Shown piece after piece: positions 1 to 15,639 of a stretch of 64,000 nt of DNA; position 1 is the stretch's first letter, and every line of letters starts with the position of its first letter. The notes beneath the pieces were generated by a model. The model did not search any database. It was not told the origin of the DNA and saw only the letters and a program-made list of their open reading frames with translations. The DNA is from Macrostomum lignano. Taxonomy: Eukaryota. Location of the stretch: positions 1 through 64,000 of the forward strand of contig NIVC01001849.1 in the NCBI GenBank assembly GCA_002269645.1, written 5' to 3'. The position numbers and the translations under genes were made by a program.

Positions 1-2117
1 GCCCTAATATTTTAGGTCACTGGTCAGATTGTCATATTCCATTTTTTCATACAGATAAGAAGTGACTAGAAGCAAAGTAGATTTGAAAAGTAATATGACA
101 AAGTGACAGAATATTTAGTTATGCTAGATATTTTGTCATTAACCAATCAATCTATATAAGATTCGAGTTAATATAAAACTATTTTTTTATTTAACTATAA
201 GCTGCAGCAAGCAAACGATTGATTGCCAAATTTTATCAATCAAGATGACAAAATAACTAGGATCATTGACATTAGGATTCCAAGTAAATATGTTTAATTG
301 CCATATTAATTCACTTGGAAGTTGGAACTAATATGATTGGTAAATGACGGAATGACTCTCTTCAGGTAGTGTATGCTAGGCCTAATTATGATGACAAAGT
401 GACCTTAGTCAAGGTAAGCACCCCAGAAACCCAGATGACAAAGTGGCAAATGAAAAATGACTAGGAACCATTTTAAAGACTAAATCAGGGACGGCAGAGC
501 CTACCATTTTAGGGGGTGGGGCACCAGGCATAGGGCAAGGGGGGCACAGGTATCTTTGTAACTGCTAATTAGGGCCTAAAATCAGAAAAGCACTAAGAAT
601 TACCATGTGGACTCATTTTGGAGCCACAAGCTCCTGCCACCCATGGACTAGGGGGCCTAAATAATAAAAAGTATAAGTCATAATCAAATTACTAGGGAGA
701 GCCTACAACTTTGCTCCTGGCTGGCCCCTGGCAAAAATATTCTGCGATGGCATCTAATCCGGCTATGCAAGACCTAGAGATGACTGACTAAAGGCTTGCT
801 GTGGACTGTGGCTCTGTCTCAGGACACAACACAACGCAAGTCAAGTGCAAATCTGGCCTTGCTTGATTATAAGAACTTCTGAATTACCAAAAAAACTTCT
901 GCCTGCCACTGCCACTACCAGCAGCTTGCTGAGTATCTGTGGCTCTGTATTATATCTGAATACGAATATATCGTAGGCCTATATATCCATGAGAGTCGAT
1001 TGTCGTTTCCTGTAAATTAAATAAATAAATCGTTTTTTGCGCAAAGACAAGAGTAACAAACAGTGTAGTAAATACAAAAAATAATAGTGGACGATCGATT
1101 TTGTGTTACAATTGTAGATAAAAGCATTTTCCAACACTTATGGCTAATGCAATCTAATTTACATTAGACATTATGAACTTGACGCTTGTTAGTCATTTTT
1201 TGTAGCAAACAAATTAAAATTAAAATTCATCATTTATAAAATGTGAAGCCCATTATACCTGATATAGTAGACTTTTTTGAAGTCTTAACCAACTTTTTTG
1301 TGTTAAATATACTTAAGACTCGGAAAAATTGTCACTGTTTTAACTTTTTTAATGGGTAGGCCTAACTATCTATTGCCCCTTGCTTGCCCCTAGGCCCCAG
1401 CCCAGACAGTTGGGTTAGGCTAGGGCCAAGGGCCTAGTGCAGCGCCTAGCCTAGAAGACTACTTTTAATAGGCCTATACTTAATAAATGTCTAACCACAA
1501 AAAGAAAAAGAAATTAGGTTTTGGCATAATAAGTATAAGTATTGGCATAGGCCTATAATATAATCATATAAAATGTTTTTTCTTTTATATAGGCCTAGGC
1601 CTAATTATCAGGTAGGGGCCTATTGATTGTTATGTGCTATAGGGGTCAATTTCTTAACTATGAAATATCCTACTGCTATCACTATTATAATAAGGTTCTT
1701 GCTCTATCCTTTTGGAATAGGGCCTAGGACCCTATTGTTTAGGCCTATTTTCAAGGCTGTGATATGAATACTGATAGTAGGACCTAGGCCCTTAGTGTTA
1801 TATTATCGGCCTATCTCTTAAAATCAACTAGGCCCTAATGTCACCAAGTTGTAACAAGGATTTTGTTCTAGTTATTAGATATAATAAGCTCTAGTATAGT
1901 ACTAGCAATCAGTGCCCCTTGTTAGGGAGCCAAAAAATAGGCCTAGTAAAAGTTTTTTTAATAAACTATATCTCAGTGTCTCTTTGCAATATACCTTAGC
2001 AGTTCCTTGTAAGCCTTGACATGTTAGCAATTTTCTCTATAAGCCTTAATATATCAAGTTCCCCCTTTGACATCTTAGCGATACCCTTTATAAGCTTTGA
2101 AATCTTAAAAATCTGTC

Positions 2118-2176
2118 AACCTAACTTTAACCCTAGCCTAACCTTACCCTAACCCTAACCCTAACCTTAACCCTAA
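2118..2176 (+). repeat. Short degenerate (CCCTAA)n telomere-like tract
   Basis: aacctaactttaaccctagcctaaccttaccctaaccctaaccctaaccttaaccctaa; roughly 9-10 hexamer units, several imperfect. Confidence 0.75.
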
Positions 2177-2816
2177 AGCATTGGCAATTCAGTAATTTCC
2201 CCAAGAGTTATTATACTACTAGGCCTATACCATTATAGCAGTTCCTTGTAAGCCTCAATATTATACATAAGGATTCCCAAATGAATCTTTTAACTTTGAC
2301 ATGGAATGCTTCTTTTATTTTTTACATGACTCTTTTTCTATTAGCAACACCCTTGTGAGGAGCCAACAAATAATGTAATAGAAAGTTCTGAATAAACTAC
2401 TATATATAGCTTTTGACTTTATCCTTAGTATCTCAGTTATTCCCCATGAGCCTTGACATCTTAGCTATTCCCCATATTCCCATAAGCTTTTATATCAATA
2501 GTATTTCTCCTTAAGAGTGATAGCACATCGTAGTTTCATGTGACTTTTTGTACATAACACTTCTTTTTTGACATGATGCTTTTTTGTCAAGGCTTTATTC
2601 TACTTTTGAATAAACTACATGTTTAAACTATAGAGCCTTCTCTGTGCAATAACCTTAGCAATCCCCTGTGAGTCTTGACATCTTAGCTATTCCCTTGCAA
2701 GTCTTGACATCTCAGCTATTCTAGCTATCTTGGCTTTTATTTTTGACATAATGCTTCTTTCAATTTTACACAACATTTCTTTCATTTCTGACATGATGCT
2801 TTTATTAGGCCTATTC

Positions 2817-3300
2817 CATGATACTTCTATGATTGTTTACATGACACTTCTATGATTGTTGACATGACGCTTCTATAATTGTTTACATGAAGCTTCTATG
2901 ATTGTTTACATGAAGCTTCTATGATTGTTTACATGATGACTTCTGATTGTTTACATGATGCTTCTATATTTTTTACATGACACTTCTGACTTTTTACATG
3001 ATGCTTCTATGATTCTTTACATGATGCTTCTATGATTTTTACATGACACTTCTATGATTTTTTATGACACTTCCATGATTTTTTATGACACTTCTATGAT
3101 TGTTTACATGACACTTATATGATTTTTTACATGACATTTCTATGATTTTTTATGATGCTTATATGATTTTTTACATGACACTTCTATGACTTTTTATGAT
3201 GCTTATATGATTATTTACATAGTGCTTCTTTTACTTTTTACATGATACTTCTATGATTGTTTATATGATGCTTCTATGATTGTTTATATGATGCTTCTAT
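2817..3300. repeat. Degenerate 23-bp minisatellite (ATGAYRCTTCTATGATTGTTTAC)
   Basis: Unit starts at 2841, 2864 and 2887 give a 23-bp period; about 20 decayed copies. Confidence 0.9.
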
Positions 3301-6300
3301 TTAAAAACTCTTTTTGTTCTTCTGACATTAAAAAGCTTTGCCTAAAAAATTCTACTCTATGAAAATTTAAACCATCGTTGCTGCATTTAGCAGTTCAGTC
3401 TGTTTATCTCTAGGCTAGCTCTCTTGTTTTGATAGCATGAAATTTAGCACTTATATAATTCAACACTTTAAACTCCAAGCATAGAGTACATCACACAAAG
3501 CAATCATGACATAATCAATTTCTTAGTCAGTCAGTATCTCAGTCAGTCAGTTAACAATATGGTTGTTCAATCTAAATCAAGTCTAGTGCTACGCTTCCAC
3601 ATTGCATTTTCAATACTATGATGGAATTCAAGTCAGAGTTACAATTCAGTTATGATGCAATCTATTTTAGAATCAGAATTCAGCCAGTCAGTTTTTTCTA
3701 GAATTCTTACAATGTATTTCAAGTCAAAAAATTTCCTTGACATTTGCAAAAAAAGCATGTTTTTCAAATATTTAATGCCTTTAGCACCAAGAAAATTCTT
3801 AGCTAAGACACATTTACCATCATGGAAAAAATTCTGATTGAACAGTGCAAGTCACATAAAAATTGGTTAAGCCATTTGAAGAGAAAAGAGAAAACATAAA
3901 TTCAAAGAGAAAATTGATTGCGCACAAGCAAACATACAAACAACTCATTTTTAGTATATCTGATTAAATATGTTAACTTACTTATCAAACTATAATTTAT
4001 TGGGATTAACTTTAAAAGGCATATGCCATAGATGTATATTTAGGATAAATTTTATTAGTCTAAGTTCTAAGTTAAATCTAAGTATTAGCTGGAAATGGAA
4101 ACAAACTATTTGTTCAACTTTTATATAACATTATGTATCAATTTTATTTGCACAAAAAAGTTACTATTTAGCATCTAAAAATAAAGAAGGCTTTTTAACA
4201 AATATATTTGCAAACATTTTTGCTACAAGGCCTATTTTAGTTATATTGCATTTATTTTTATCAATAGATACAACAAAAGGTATAGAAAAGCTAAAATTCA
4301 AAATGGGCAAAAATAATTTTAGTTGCTACCCAAAATAAAAAAATTATTTATATCAAAAACCTAAAAGTGTCCCAATTTATTAAAGCCAACAAAGCAATCA
4401 AGTATACAATTGGCAATTGAGATATAGTTTATATTCCATTCATATTTATTCAAAATATTTAAGAATGATATTATTCATTAAGCATATTTAGAGCTTCAAG
4501 TTCAAATTAGTTTCAATGAACAATAGCTATTGTATAGTTTCAGTTGAGAGCCAATTCTTTTCTTTACTTTTTAGCTAAATATTGATACCTTTGGCTTTGT
4601 ATTATATAATACTATTTTTAGTTTTTATTTCCAAAATATTATAGGTCTAAATTTATGTAAATATTTATTGCTTTGAATTAATGCACTTTTTATTAACAAG
4701 TAGGCCTAGGACCTATGTTGTATTTTTGGTTAAACAATATAAGACCAAAATGCTTACCTCAAGACATTTATAAATAATTCATTAGACCTAAAAAGGAGAT
4801 TGTCAACTTGGCAACTAAATAATATAATGTATAAAAAGTAATTTATATAAGCCTAGGATATTGTTATAAGCCTGCTCAAAAATGGATATATCAGGCCAAG
4901 TACATGTTTTAAAGGAATGCCAAACCTACTAAAAATGGAGATGGCTCATTCCATATAAGCATGGTCGTAACATGACAGGTTATTTTTACTTATAAAATGA
5001 AATCTAATAATAGAATATACTAAACCAATATTTTAAATGAAAGATTATTTTGTCTAGAATATATTTATAGAGTTTCATATAGATATCATCATTAGTATAG
5101 ATGCTATTAAACCTTAAATGACACTTATGGTTGTAACGACAGGATTTTTGACATATAGAAACTAAAAGGTAAAAGTCTTATAACATTTTTCATTTTTGAT
5201 ATTTTGCAATACATTTTTAAAATTCGACTAAGAACATCTTTAGAAATCATACTCTTTTATTAGAATATATAAACTCAAAAGGCAACAAAGATACAAAAGA
5301 AAAGGCAGCCTTATGGTCGTAACATTATGGTCGTAACATATTTTTTTCTGTCAATTCAGTAACTTTGAGGTACTAATACATTAAAAATATAATAGATTAT
5401 TTGGTCACTAATGCTTTTATCTGATGATGCAAGTACTATACTTTTATCTATAGTTTGTTTCAACCTTCAAAAGCTTTCTATTTGTTTTTAAAAGGTACAA
5501 AATCTTAATGATGTCTTTTGCTTCGAAAAATGTCCAAATTTTTACAAAAATGACTTTTTGCCAATTGATAACATACTAATCCAACATTTTACCATTCCTT
5601 TATTCTTAGATTGTATATATTGCACAATATAAACATTTGGTAAAAAAATAGGCTAATTAGGCAATGGCAAGCAAAAATATTGACTTTTTTCTATTTTCCA
5701 AATATGTCCATCTTATATGGAATGAGCCAGATACCATATGCTTTGCTAGCCAACTAGAAAAAGAATATCAAAGCCTCTTTGATCTTCTTGTCTTCTATGC
5801 CCCTGTTTTGCTATTGTTTCCTTATTTTATTAAAAAGCTATATGTTAGTGCTATCTTATTGTTATTGTATTTAGTTATATTACTATCATATATACACAAC
5901 CCTCCTGATTTACACTCCTTATTAGAAAAAGTAACTAAATGGCAGATGGCTGCCTGTGCCTAGTGCATTTTCAAAATGACCCTGCAGTGCAATGCATTTT
6001 CTATGAGGTGATGCTTGGCCTGGCATGGTGCAATGCAGTGTGACACTTAGTGTAATGCTTGGAATCCATGTCAAAATGGCCATGCATAGAATAGGCAAAA
6101 TGTCAAAATGCTAAAAGTTGGCCAAGTTGTTTGGCATGGTCTACATAGCAGTGTTGTTTTGTTGGTATGTCACCATGTCACCATTGCTAGAGCAATACAA
6201 AGTGCCAAAAAGGTCCTATATTGTTGTAATAGCAAAAGTCCTTTATTGTTGCAATGCCTCCTGGGCCTTAGTGTATCCTTGGTGACCCCTTGATGTAGCC

Positions 6301-7307
6301 CATGTACCTTGGAGAGTGACCCCTTGGCACATTTTTGTTAGACCTCTGATGCATGTTTTCACAATCTTAGAATTTATTCTAATAGGGATTTATACTATCT
6401 ATGTGAATTATTTTTTGACCAAAAATGCAGCTTACCTATGAAAAACTAAAAAAGTTAATATTATTTTGGGTAAAAGACATAAGTAACTTTAATAATATTA
6501 TTAAGGCTAAATGCCTCATCATCAAATTTGTTCTATGTGCAGATTTTTGGGTGGGCATTTTTTCAACTTACCTATGCTGGGCATAGGAGCATAGTTGCAG
6601 AGTCTTAGAATTGCATAATCTTAAAACTATTCTTTCTTTTTTCAATTCTAAAATGTATTTTTAATATAAATTTATTCCAAGTTTTGTTAACCTATTTTAA
6701 CTATTAATAAGTTTTTAGTGTGAATTCAGATTTAATTATATATGCAAAAGTGTTCTAGAGATTAGAATTCATTGCTTTAAAATCCAACAGGTTTCCATGG
6801 CTTGTTTTGTTGTAGTTGTTTTTTATGAAAGATGTTCAACCTTCTAATACAAGCACACAGTAGCTCTACCTTTCTTGCTTAAAATTGTAGTATATTTATT
6901 TAATTTAAGCTATAACAAATAACAAAACTGAAAAAGTATGATAAAAATATTGTATAGTTTATTTATTTAACTATTTAGTAGATTAGATCTATAAAAAAAT
7001 TGGAATTTCTAGCTTGCTTTTATTGCTATTAAACAATTTTTCTTGAGATGTAATGTTTCTAAGCCTATCCTACATTGAATTGTTTTATTGTTTATCAAAA
7101 TTAAAATTAATAGCAAATGTAAGCAAATATTTTTTGCTTAAGATTTAAAATCTAATCTCTGAATATAGACATGGGAAAGCTAGCAATCAATCATTTAGTA
7201 ATGAACTCAGGTATTTTTCTCTAGAAATAGCTTTAGGGCACAGAGAGAAAGAAGAAAAAAGAACTTAACTATTTTTAGTATGAATTCAATTGTAGTAATT
7301 GAACTAA

Positions 7308-8297
<990 letters not shown>

Positions 8298-8388
8298 CCC
8301 GAGCGGCCATTAAGCTTCTATTCAGAACTCTCAGAACTCAGAGTTTTGAGTCTACCTGTCAAAATCATGAGAACTCACTGCCTCCTGA

Positions 8389-8900
<512 letters not shown>

Positions 8901-8914
8901 TAAGTTGCCTATCT

Positions 8915-10044
8915 GTGGTGAAGACTGGGGTATGGCTTAATTAGCCTAGGTGTGAGGACTGGGGTATGGCTTAATTAGCCTAGGTGTGAGGACTGGGGTA
9001 TGGCTTAATTAGCCTAGGTGTGAGGACTGGGGTATGGCTTAATTAGCCTAGGTGTGGGGACTGGAGTTTGGCTTAATTAGGCCTAGGTGTGAGGACTGGA
9101 GTATGGCTTAATTAGCCTAGGTGTGAGGACTAGGGTATGGCTTAATTAGCCTAGGTGTGAGGACTGGAGTATGGCTTAATTAGCCTAGGTGTGAGGACTG
9201 GAGTATGGCTTAATTAGCCTAGGTGTGAGGACTGGAGTATGGCTTAATTAGGCCTAGGTGTGAGGACTGGAGTATGGCTTAATTAGCCTAGGTGTGAGGA
9301 CTAAGGTATGGCTTAATTAGCCTAAGGTGTGAGGACTGGAGTATGGCTTAATTAGCCTAAGGTGTGAGGACTGGGGTATGGCTTAATTAGCCTAAGGTGT
9401 GAGGACTGGGGTATGGCTTAATTAGCCTAAGGTGTGAGGACTGGGGTATGGCTTAATTAGCCTAAGGTGTGAGGACTGGAGTATGGCCTGTGTGAGGACT
9501 GGGGTATGACTTAATTAGCCTGTGTGAGGACTGGAGTATGGCTTAATTACCTAGGTGTGAGGACTGGATTATGGCTTAATTAGCCTAGGTGTGAGGACTG
9601 GAGTATGGCTTAATTAGGCCTAGGTGTGAGGACTGGATTATGGCTTAATTAGCCTAAGGTGTGGGGACTGGAGTATGGCTTAATTAGCCTAAGGTGTGAG
9701 GACTGGGGTATGGCTTAATTAGCCTAAGGTGTGAGGACTGGAGTATGGCTTAATTAGCCTAAGGTGTGAGGACTGGAGTATGGCTTAATTAGCCTAAGGT
9801 GTGAGGACTGGAGAATGGCTTAATTAGTTTAGGTGCGAGGACTGGAGTATGGCTTAATTAGCCTAAGGTGTGAGGACTGGAGTATGGCTTAATTAGCCTA
9901 AGGTGTGAGGACTGGAGAATGGCTTAATTAGTTTAGGTGTGAGGACTGGAGTATGGCTTAATTAGCCTAAGGTGTGAGGACTGGAGTATGGCTTAATTAG
10001 CCTGTGTGAGGACTGGAGAATGGCTTAATTAGTTTAGGTGCGAG
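8915..10044. repeat. 34/35-bp minisatellite in nuclear receptor intron (GTGTGAGGACTGGRGTATGGCTTAATTAGCCTA[A]G)
   Basis: About 32 copies; each carries the near-palindrome GGCTTAATTAGCC. Confidence 0.97.
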
Positions 10045-10635
10045 GGCTCGGTTTGCATTTTATTAATCCTAATTATTAATTTTATTAAGTCCTGCTAATA
10101 ACGGCCTATTTAAACCAGCGCACGATGCTCTGGTTTTTTTGCAATATTTTTTTTCAGGAAAAATATATTCGAATCCTTAATTACTGATTTTCGATTTCTT
10201 TGCCATTAATCGAATCGAACATGTATAAATAATTCCCGTATGCGGAAGTGCCTCAAACCTACATCATAGTATAGAATATAATAAGCTTTTATGCAAATCA
10301 TTACTTCTCTTTTTATGAAAGAGTACAAAGCATTTTTTTAAATGTGGATCGCAAAAATTGCAGTTGAGCAATTCTCTTTATGAATTATTGAAGGCTTTGA
10401 TTCTGGAATATACTTTGTAGGAAAAATTCATCAGTTAAGCCTGCTTTTTTGGCCAATTTCAACAGTGAAGATTGAATCTATAATTTCAGCTCAAAAATAC
10501 ATTTCTGTTACATTTCATCTTCATCTGATATGGAGATGCATCGTATTAAGCCAAGGATGGGCGGGTGAACCTCATGAATAAATTAGCACTATGTTTTGTG
10601 CATAGCCCAGCTAATTTAATCTAATCAGACTTTTC

Positions 10636-11098
10636 TGTAAGATTCAGATGTTTTACCATTGGATTACTAAGATTTAGATGTTCTACCATTGGATTACTGT
10701 AAGATTTAGATGTTCTACCATTAGATTACTGTAAGATTTAGATGTTCTACCATTGGATTACTGTAAGATTTAGATGTTCTACCATTGGATTACTGTAAGA
10801 TTTAGATGTTCTACCATTGGATTACTGTAAGATTTAGATGTTCTACCATTGGATTACTGTAAGATTTAGATGTTCTACCATTGGATTACTGTAAGATTTA
10901 GATGTTCTACCATTGGATTACTGTAAGATTTAGATGTTCTACCATTGGATTACTGTAAGATTTAGATGTTCTACCATTGGATTTCTGTAAGATTTAGATG
11001 TTCTACGCATGGATTTCTGTAAGATTTAGATGTTCTACGCATGGATTTCTTTAAGATTTAGATGTTCTACCATTGGATTTCTGTAAGATTTTGATGTT
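10636..11098. repeat. 32-bp minisatellite in nuclear receptor intron (GTAAGATTTAGATGTTCTACCATTGGATTACT)
   Basis: About 14 copies ending about 60 bp before the 11159 acceptor. Confidence 0.97.
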
Positions 11099-11158
11099 TG
11101 TATTATAGCATCAAAGAAGATTTGCACCGCCCTAACCCTTCCCTCCCCCATTGCCTAG

Positions 11159-11569
<411 letters not shown>

Positions 11570-11711
11570 CTGGCTGGGTGGCGTTGCTACTCTGTTATTG
11601 GTTCACATTTTAAACAGCTAATTTTCTCATTTGTTTCTTACTGCGATTGGTCATAATTATGAGATCGGCGATTTATCTAATAGTAGTATCTGATCTGATA
11701 GTAGTATCTCG

Positions 11712-12356
11712 CCTGAGATGAGAATTGGTCATAATGAGTAATTCACCTGAGATGAGAATTGGTCATAATGAGTAATTAACCTCAGATGAGAATTGGTCAT
11801 AATGAGTAATTCACCTGAGATGAGAATTGGTCGTAATGAGTAATTAACCTGAGATGAGAATTGGTCATAATGAGTAATTCACCTGAGATGAGAATTGGTC
11901 CTAATGAGTAATTAACCTGAGATGAGAATTGGTCATAATGAGTAATTCCCGTGAGATGAGAATTGGTCATAATGAGTAATTCACCTGAGATGAGAATTGG
12001 TCATAATGAGTAATTCCCGTGAGATGAGAATTGGTCATAATGAGTAATTAACCTCAGATGAGAATTGGTCATAATGAGTAATTCACCTGAGATGAGAATT
12101 GGTCATAATGAGTAATTAACCTCAGATGAGAATTGGTCATAATGAGTAATTCACCTGAGATGAGAATTGGTCATAATGAGTAATTCCCGTGAGATGAGAA
12201 TTGGTCATAATGAGTAATTAACCTCAGATGAGAATTGGTCATAATGAGTAATTCACCTGAGATGAGAATTGGTCATAATGAGTAATTCCCGTGAGATGAG
12301 AATTGGTCATAATGAGTAATTCACCTGAGATGAAAATTGGTCATAATGAGTAATTT
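11712..12356. repeat. 34-bp minisatellite downstream of the nuclear receptor stop (CACCTGAGATGAGAATTGGTCATAATGAGTAATT)
   Basis: About 19 copies starting about 140 bp after the TGA. Confidence 0.97.
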
Positions 12357-13669
12357 TTACTACTGAAAAATTACTGCGCAAATAATGACTAAGCTGTGCA
12401 CCTGGCTTAATGTAGTTTCTTTACTATCTATAATCTATTATAAATTTATTTCGATATTTATACAACTGTTCCCACCTGTCATATGTTTGCAAGCTTCTGC
12501 CTGTATGTTGTTGACTGTTGTTGATTAACCATATAAGCTTTTCTTAGAAGCCATTTTACAGTTTGTAGATATGAATAATAAGAAGCTACGAAATGTATTC
12601 TACTGTGTCAACTATCGAAATCGTGTGTATTTTACCAGTTATTTATAACTGCCCCAGGATTTTTTATTGATTAACGTCAGGTATATACTCGTATAAAGCG
12701 ATGATTTTTTGTACATTTTTTGTCTAATGATGATATTTTGATGCCCAAATGCATTGACGGGGGCAGGGCTTGGCGCGTTGTCAATCATCATTTTCATTGG
12801 CGCATCGGCCCTTTTTGACTTTCTAATTCCGTCGGGAATGTACACTATTCTGGCTCTTGGGTGGGTTGGCTCTCGTGGCTGTTGATCGTACGACAACCGC
12901 ACACAAGCCCCAAGTGAATGCGGGCCCGTTTGGTCCTCTGGCACATGACCTGTGTGTATATATACTCATAATATTTTCTGTGTTATTTCCCTCTCCTTTG
13001 TTATTTACAGCCTATATTTAGATTGTATTACTTAACTATAATCTTCTGTCTACATTTCTCTTCTACACTCAGAAATTGTCGCCCAGCATTCCGGTTACTG
13101 CTGCCCGTCACTACACCAAGCAAAGCTTAGAATAATTTGTAGAAAAAATCTAATTTCAACTACTAACACGCAGTTGTAAGTAGTATGATGGAAATTATTT
13201 GCAGAATGCTATTTTTATCGAGCAGAAACAGAGATCATGATGCACTTGAATTTCGATCAGTGTTGAATTTTTTATGCTTAAATTAGATTTTGCTTGCCAT
13301 CTTGTTCTATTATCTATAAACCTATAAATTTGTTAATTAAATATTGTTTCACACTTGTTTGGCGTTTTACTCCTTTACAAATTTGAGTCCACCTTTGTCC
13401 TTTATTCTACTTTTGCTCTTTTTTTGATTCTGGAGAAAACTATTGCACCGAGAACCAGCTATATGTATGCCTGTAGTTGCTGGATTCATTATTTTTCTTT
13501 GACTGTTGTGTCTGACATTGTGGTACAATAGAAGCTTCAAGTAGTCACTTTCTCGTTTGAACGCTTAAAATTTCAGAGTATACTGTGCTTAATATTAATT
13601 ATTATTTTACCAATATTTTCTTTTATTAACTTGTGCAATGCGCTAAGACAGAAATAGCTGTAGCTGAGG

Positions 13670-13760
13670 CAATGGAAGCAGCTGGGGCAGTGGAAGCAGC
13701 TGGGGCAGTGGAAGCAGCTGAGGCAGTGGAAGCAGCTGAGTCAGTGGAGGCAGTTGAAGC
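13670..13760. repeat. Short 18-bp tandem repeat (GCAGTGGAAGCAGCTGRG)
   Basis: About 5 copies, producing the AVEAAG-type ORF. Confidence 0.8.
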
Positions 13761-15639
13761 CAAGCAAGACTGCAGGAAGGAAGCAACTGACACTATGTTA
13801 TGCAGGCGAAAGATTTGGAGCAGTTCAGACGGATATCCTAAATAAGCCTTCCTGCCTGTGTCTCAGTATCTGGCGATTACTCGTATCTCGCCAGCAATCG
13901 TTAAACTTCATTCTTTTGCGGTTTTTCTTTATAAACTGAAATAATCAGCTGGCAGTATTCAGGCCAGAGAGTATTATAGTGAATTTGCACAGCAAACAGA
14001 ATTCCGCTGTAATGCGCATATTTTTCATCTAGCTGGGCCGGCTGTAAGCCGATAAGAAGAAGCCGAGTGGAAATTTAATTAGCTCTTCTGAGCTATCGAC
14101 AAGCCGCTTTGCGTAAAGAAACTGACGGCAGTTCGCCCGAGCCTAAATCCGCTTGAGCGAGCCCCTTCTCACCCGTCTGTGCTTGGATGTCCCCAGGGCT
14201 TGCTCGCGGCGTCTATCGAGAGTTGTTCGCGCGCACAACTCGACAGCTCGATCGTAGCTAGGTGAATTATTATTATAATTCCCGAACCGCAGTCGAGTGG
14301 GGGCTATAGCAGAATTTCTAGAGTAAACCTGCGATCAGGGTCTGCCGTCCGTGCGTGACAATCAAATTCGACGGCAGCTTGTACGGCTCGTGTTTTGATG
14401 GTTCAACACTGTTTAAATTTAAACTCCTTCCTTCGGCATTGCCGCGCAATTCAAGGCGACAATCGACCTGCGGTAGCCAGCAAAGGTGCTGCGGTATGCC
14501 CGTTCGCTGACTGACCCCTGAGTACGCACTTGCATGTACACCGGGTTCACAGCAGGGCAGAGATTCTTTAGAGTCGGGGGGCTGCGTGCACCCCAGCGCA
14601 CTTTAAGCGACATTGTCACACAACCGGCGAGAGGCATTGCTGCCCATTCCACCGACTCCCCTGAGCAGGCACACAAGCGCGCGGATACGTATGCAGTCAT
14701 ACGCACAGGCACACACTCACACTGGAGTGTTATTTATCGTTAGGCATGTACACTTCACTGTGCCTTGAGGATTGGTCCTCAAGCTGGGTGTTAATTGCAC
14801 AAGCAGAGCCAAGCCGAGATTCCAATTTAGCCCCAAATTAATGTTGACTGCACTTGAAATCGAGCCCGAGCTGCAACTGAACTAGCTCGTAAAAGGGCTC
14901 TGACCTTCTCACGTCGTAATGCATGGCGTGAATCGAAAATCCGTCCCAATTGATTTGAATAATTTCTCATCGAGTTTTTAATTCTATCAATCTATTTGTC
15001 GTTTCCTATTCATATCAGTTTTCATATCGATTAATAAGTTAAACTGTCAGACCATGATGCATCCGTAAGTCTTCTTTTCTTACTAGTGCACCTATCTCTG
15101 CTGTTAGCTAGAATACTCAAAGTTACAATCACGTGAGCTCTGCTGTTGATCAATCAATCACTGCTTTTCCTAGAATTGGCTAGCAGCAGTATCAAACAGA
15201 GAGTGGGGCACTCAATCCAATCCAATATATGGAGCTAACTGGGCCGCTGCATGACTGATTGGCCAGCACTGTGACTGCCTCTCGGAGTGCCCCCTGATGT
15301 CACGAGCAAACCGCTCGCGCTCTCCCTGCCTGTCTGCACTCAGTCATTCACTCAGACCGGAGCTTTGAGACTGGCACCCGTCACTCTGTGTCAACACCCG
15401 CTGCAAATTTGTATTTTTATGGGGCCACCGTTCTCTCCGCTTCCGCCATCGCTCCGACGCGCCCGCCCGGCTCTGCGCAAACACTGCAGTAAAAATTCAC
15501 TTCCGGCGCAGCCGCTGCCACCGTCTGGTTTGCGTTGCGGGGCGGCACACCAACTAGCTTGGCTGCTCACTCTCGCTGCATCTCTACTCTTACTGCCAAC
15601 TCTCTCCTTACCTGATTCTCTTCCCTTCACTCTGACTCC

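Noticed and set aside
5664-6293. ORFs 5664-5963 and 6108-6293
   Set aside because: AT-rich, CpG-eroded sequence with no recognisable motif; probably decayed repeat DNA.
12748-12885. Hydrophobic open frame NALTGAGLGALSIIIFIGASALFDFLIP...
   Set aside because: An in-frame TGA lies just upstream and no ATG or usable acceptor precedes it.
13633-13845. AVEAAG-repeat ORF
   Set aside because: Explained by an 18-bp tandem repeat; no true ATG, splice support or domain.
14411-14424. Perfect palindrome GTTTAAATTTAAAC
   Set aside because: Short and AT-only; expected by chance at this composition.
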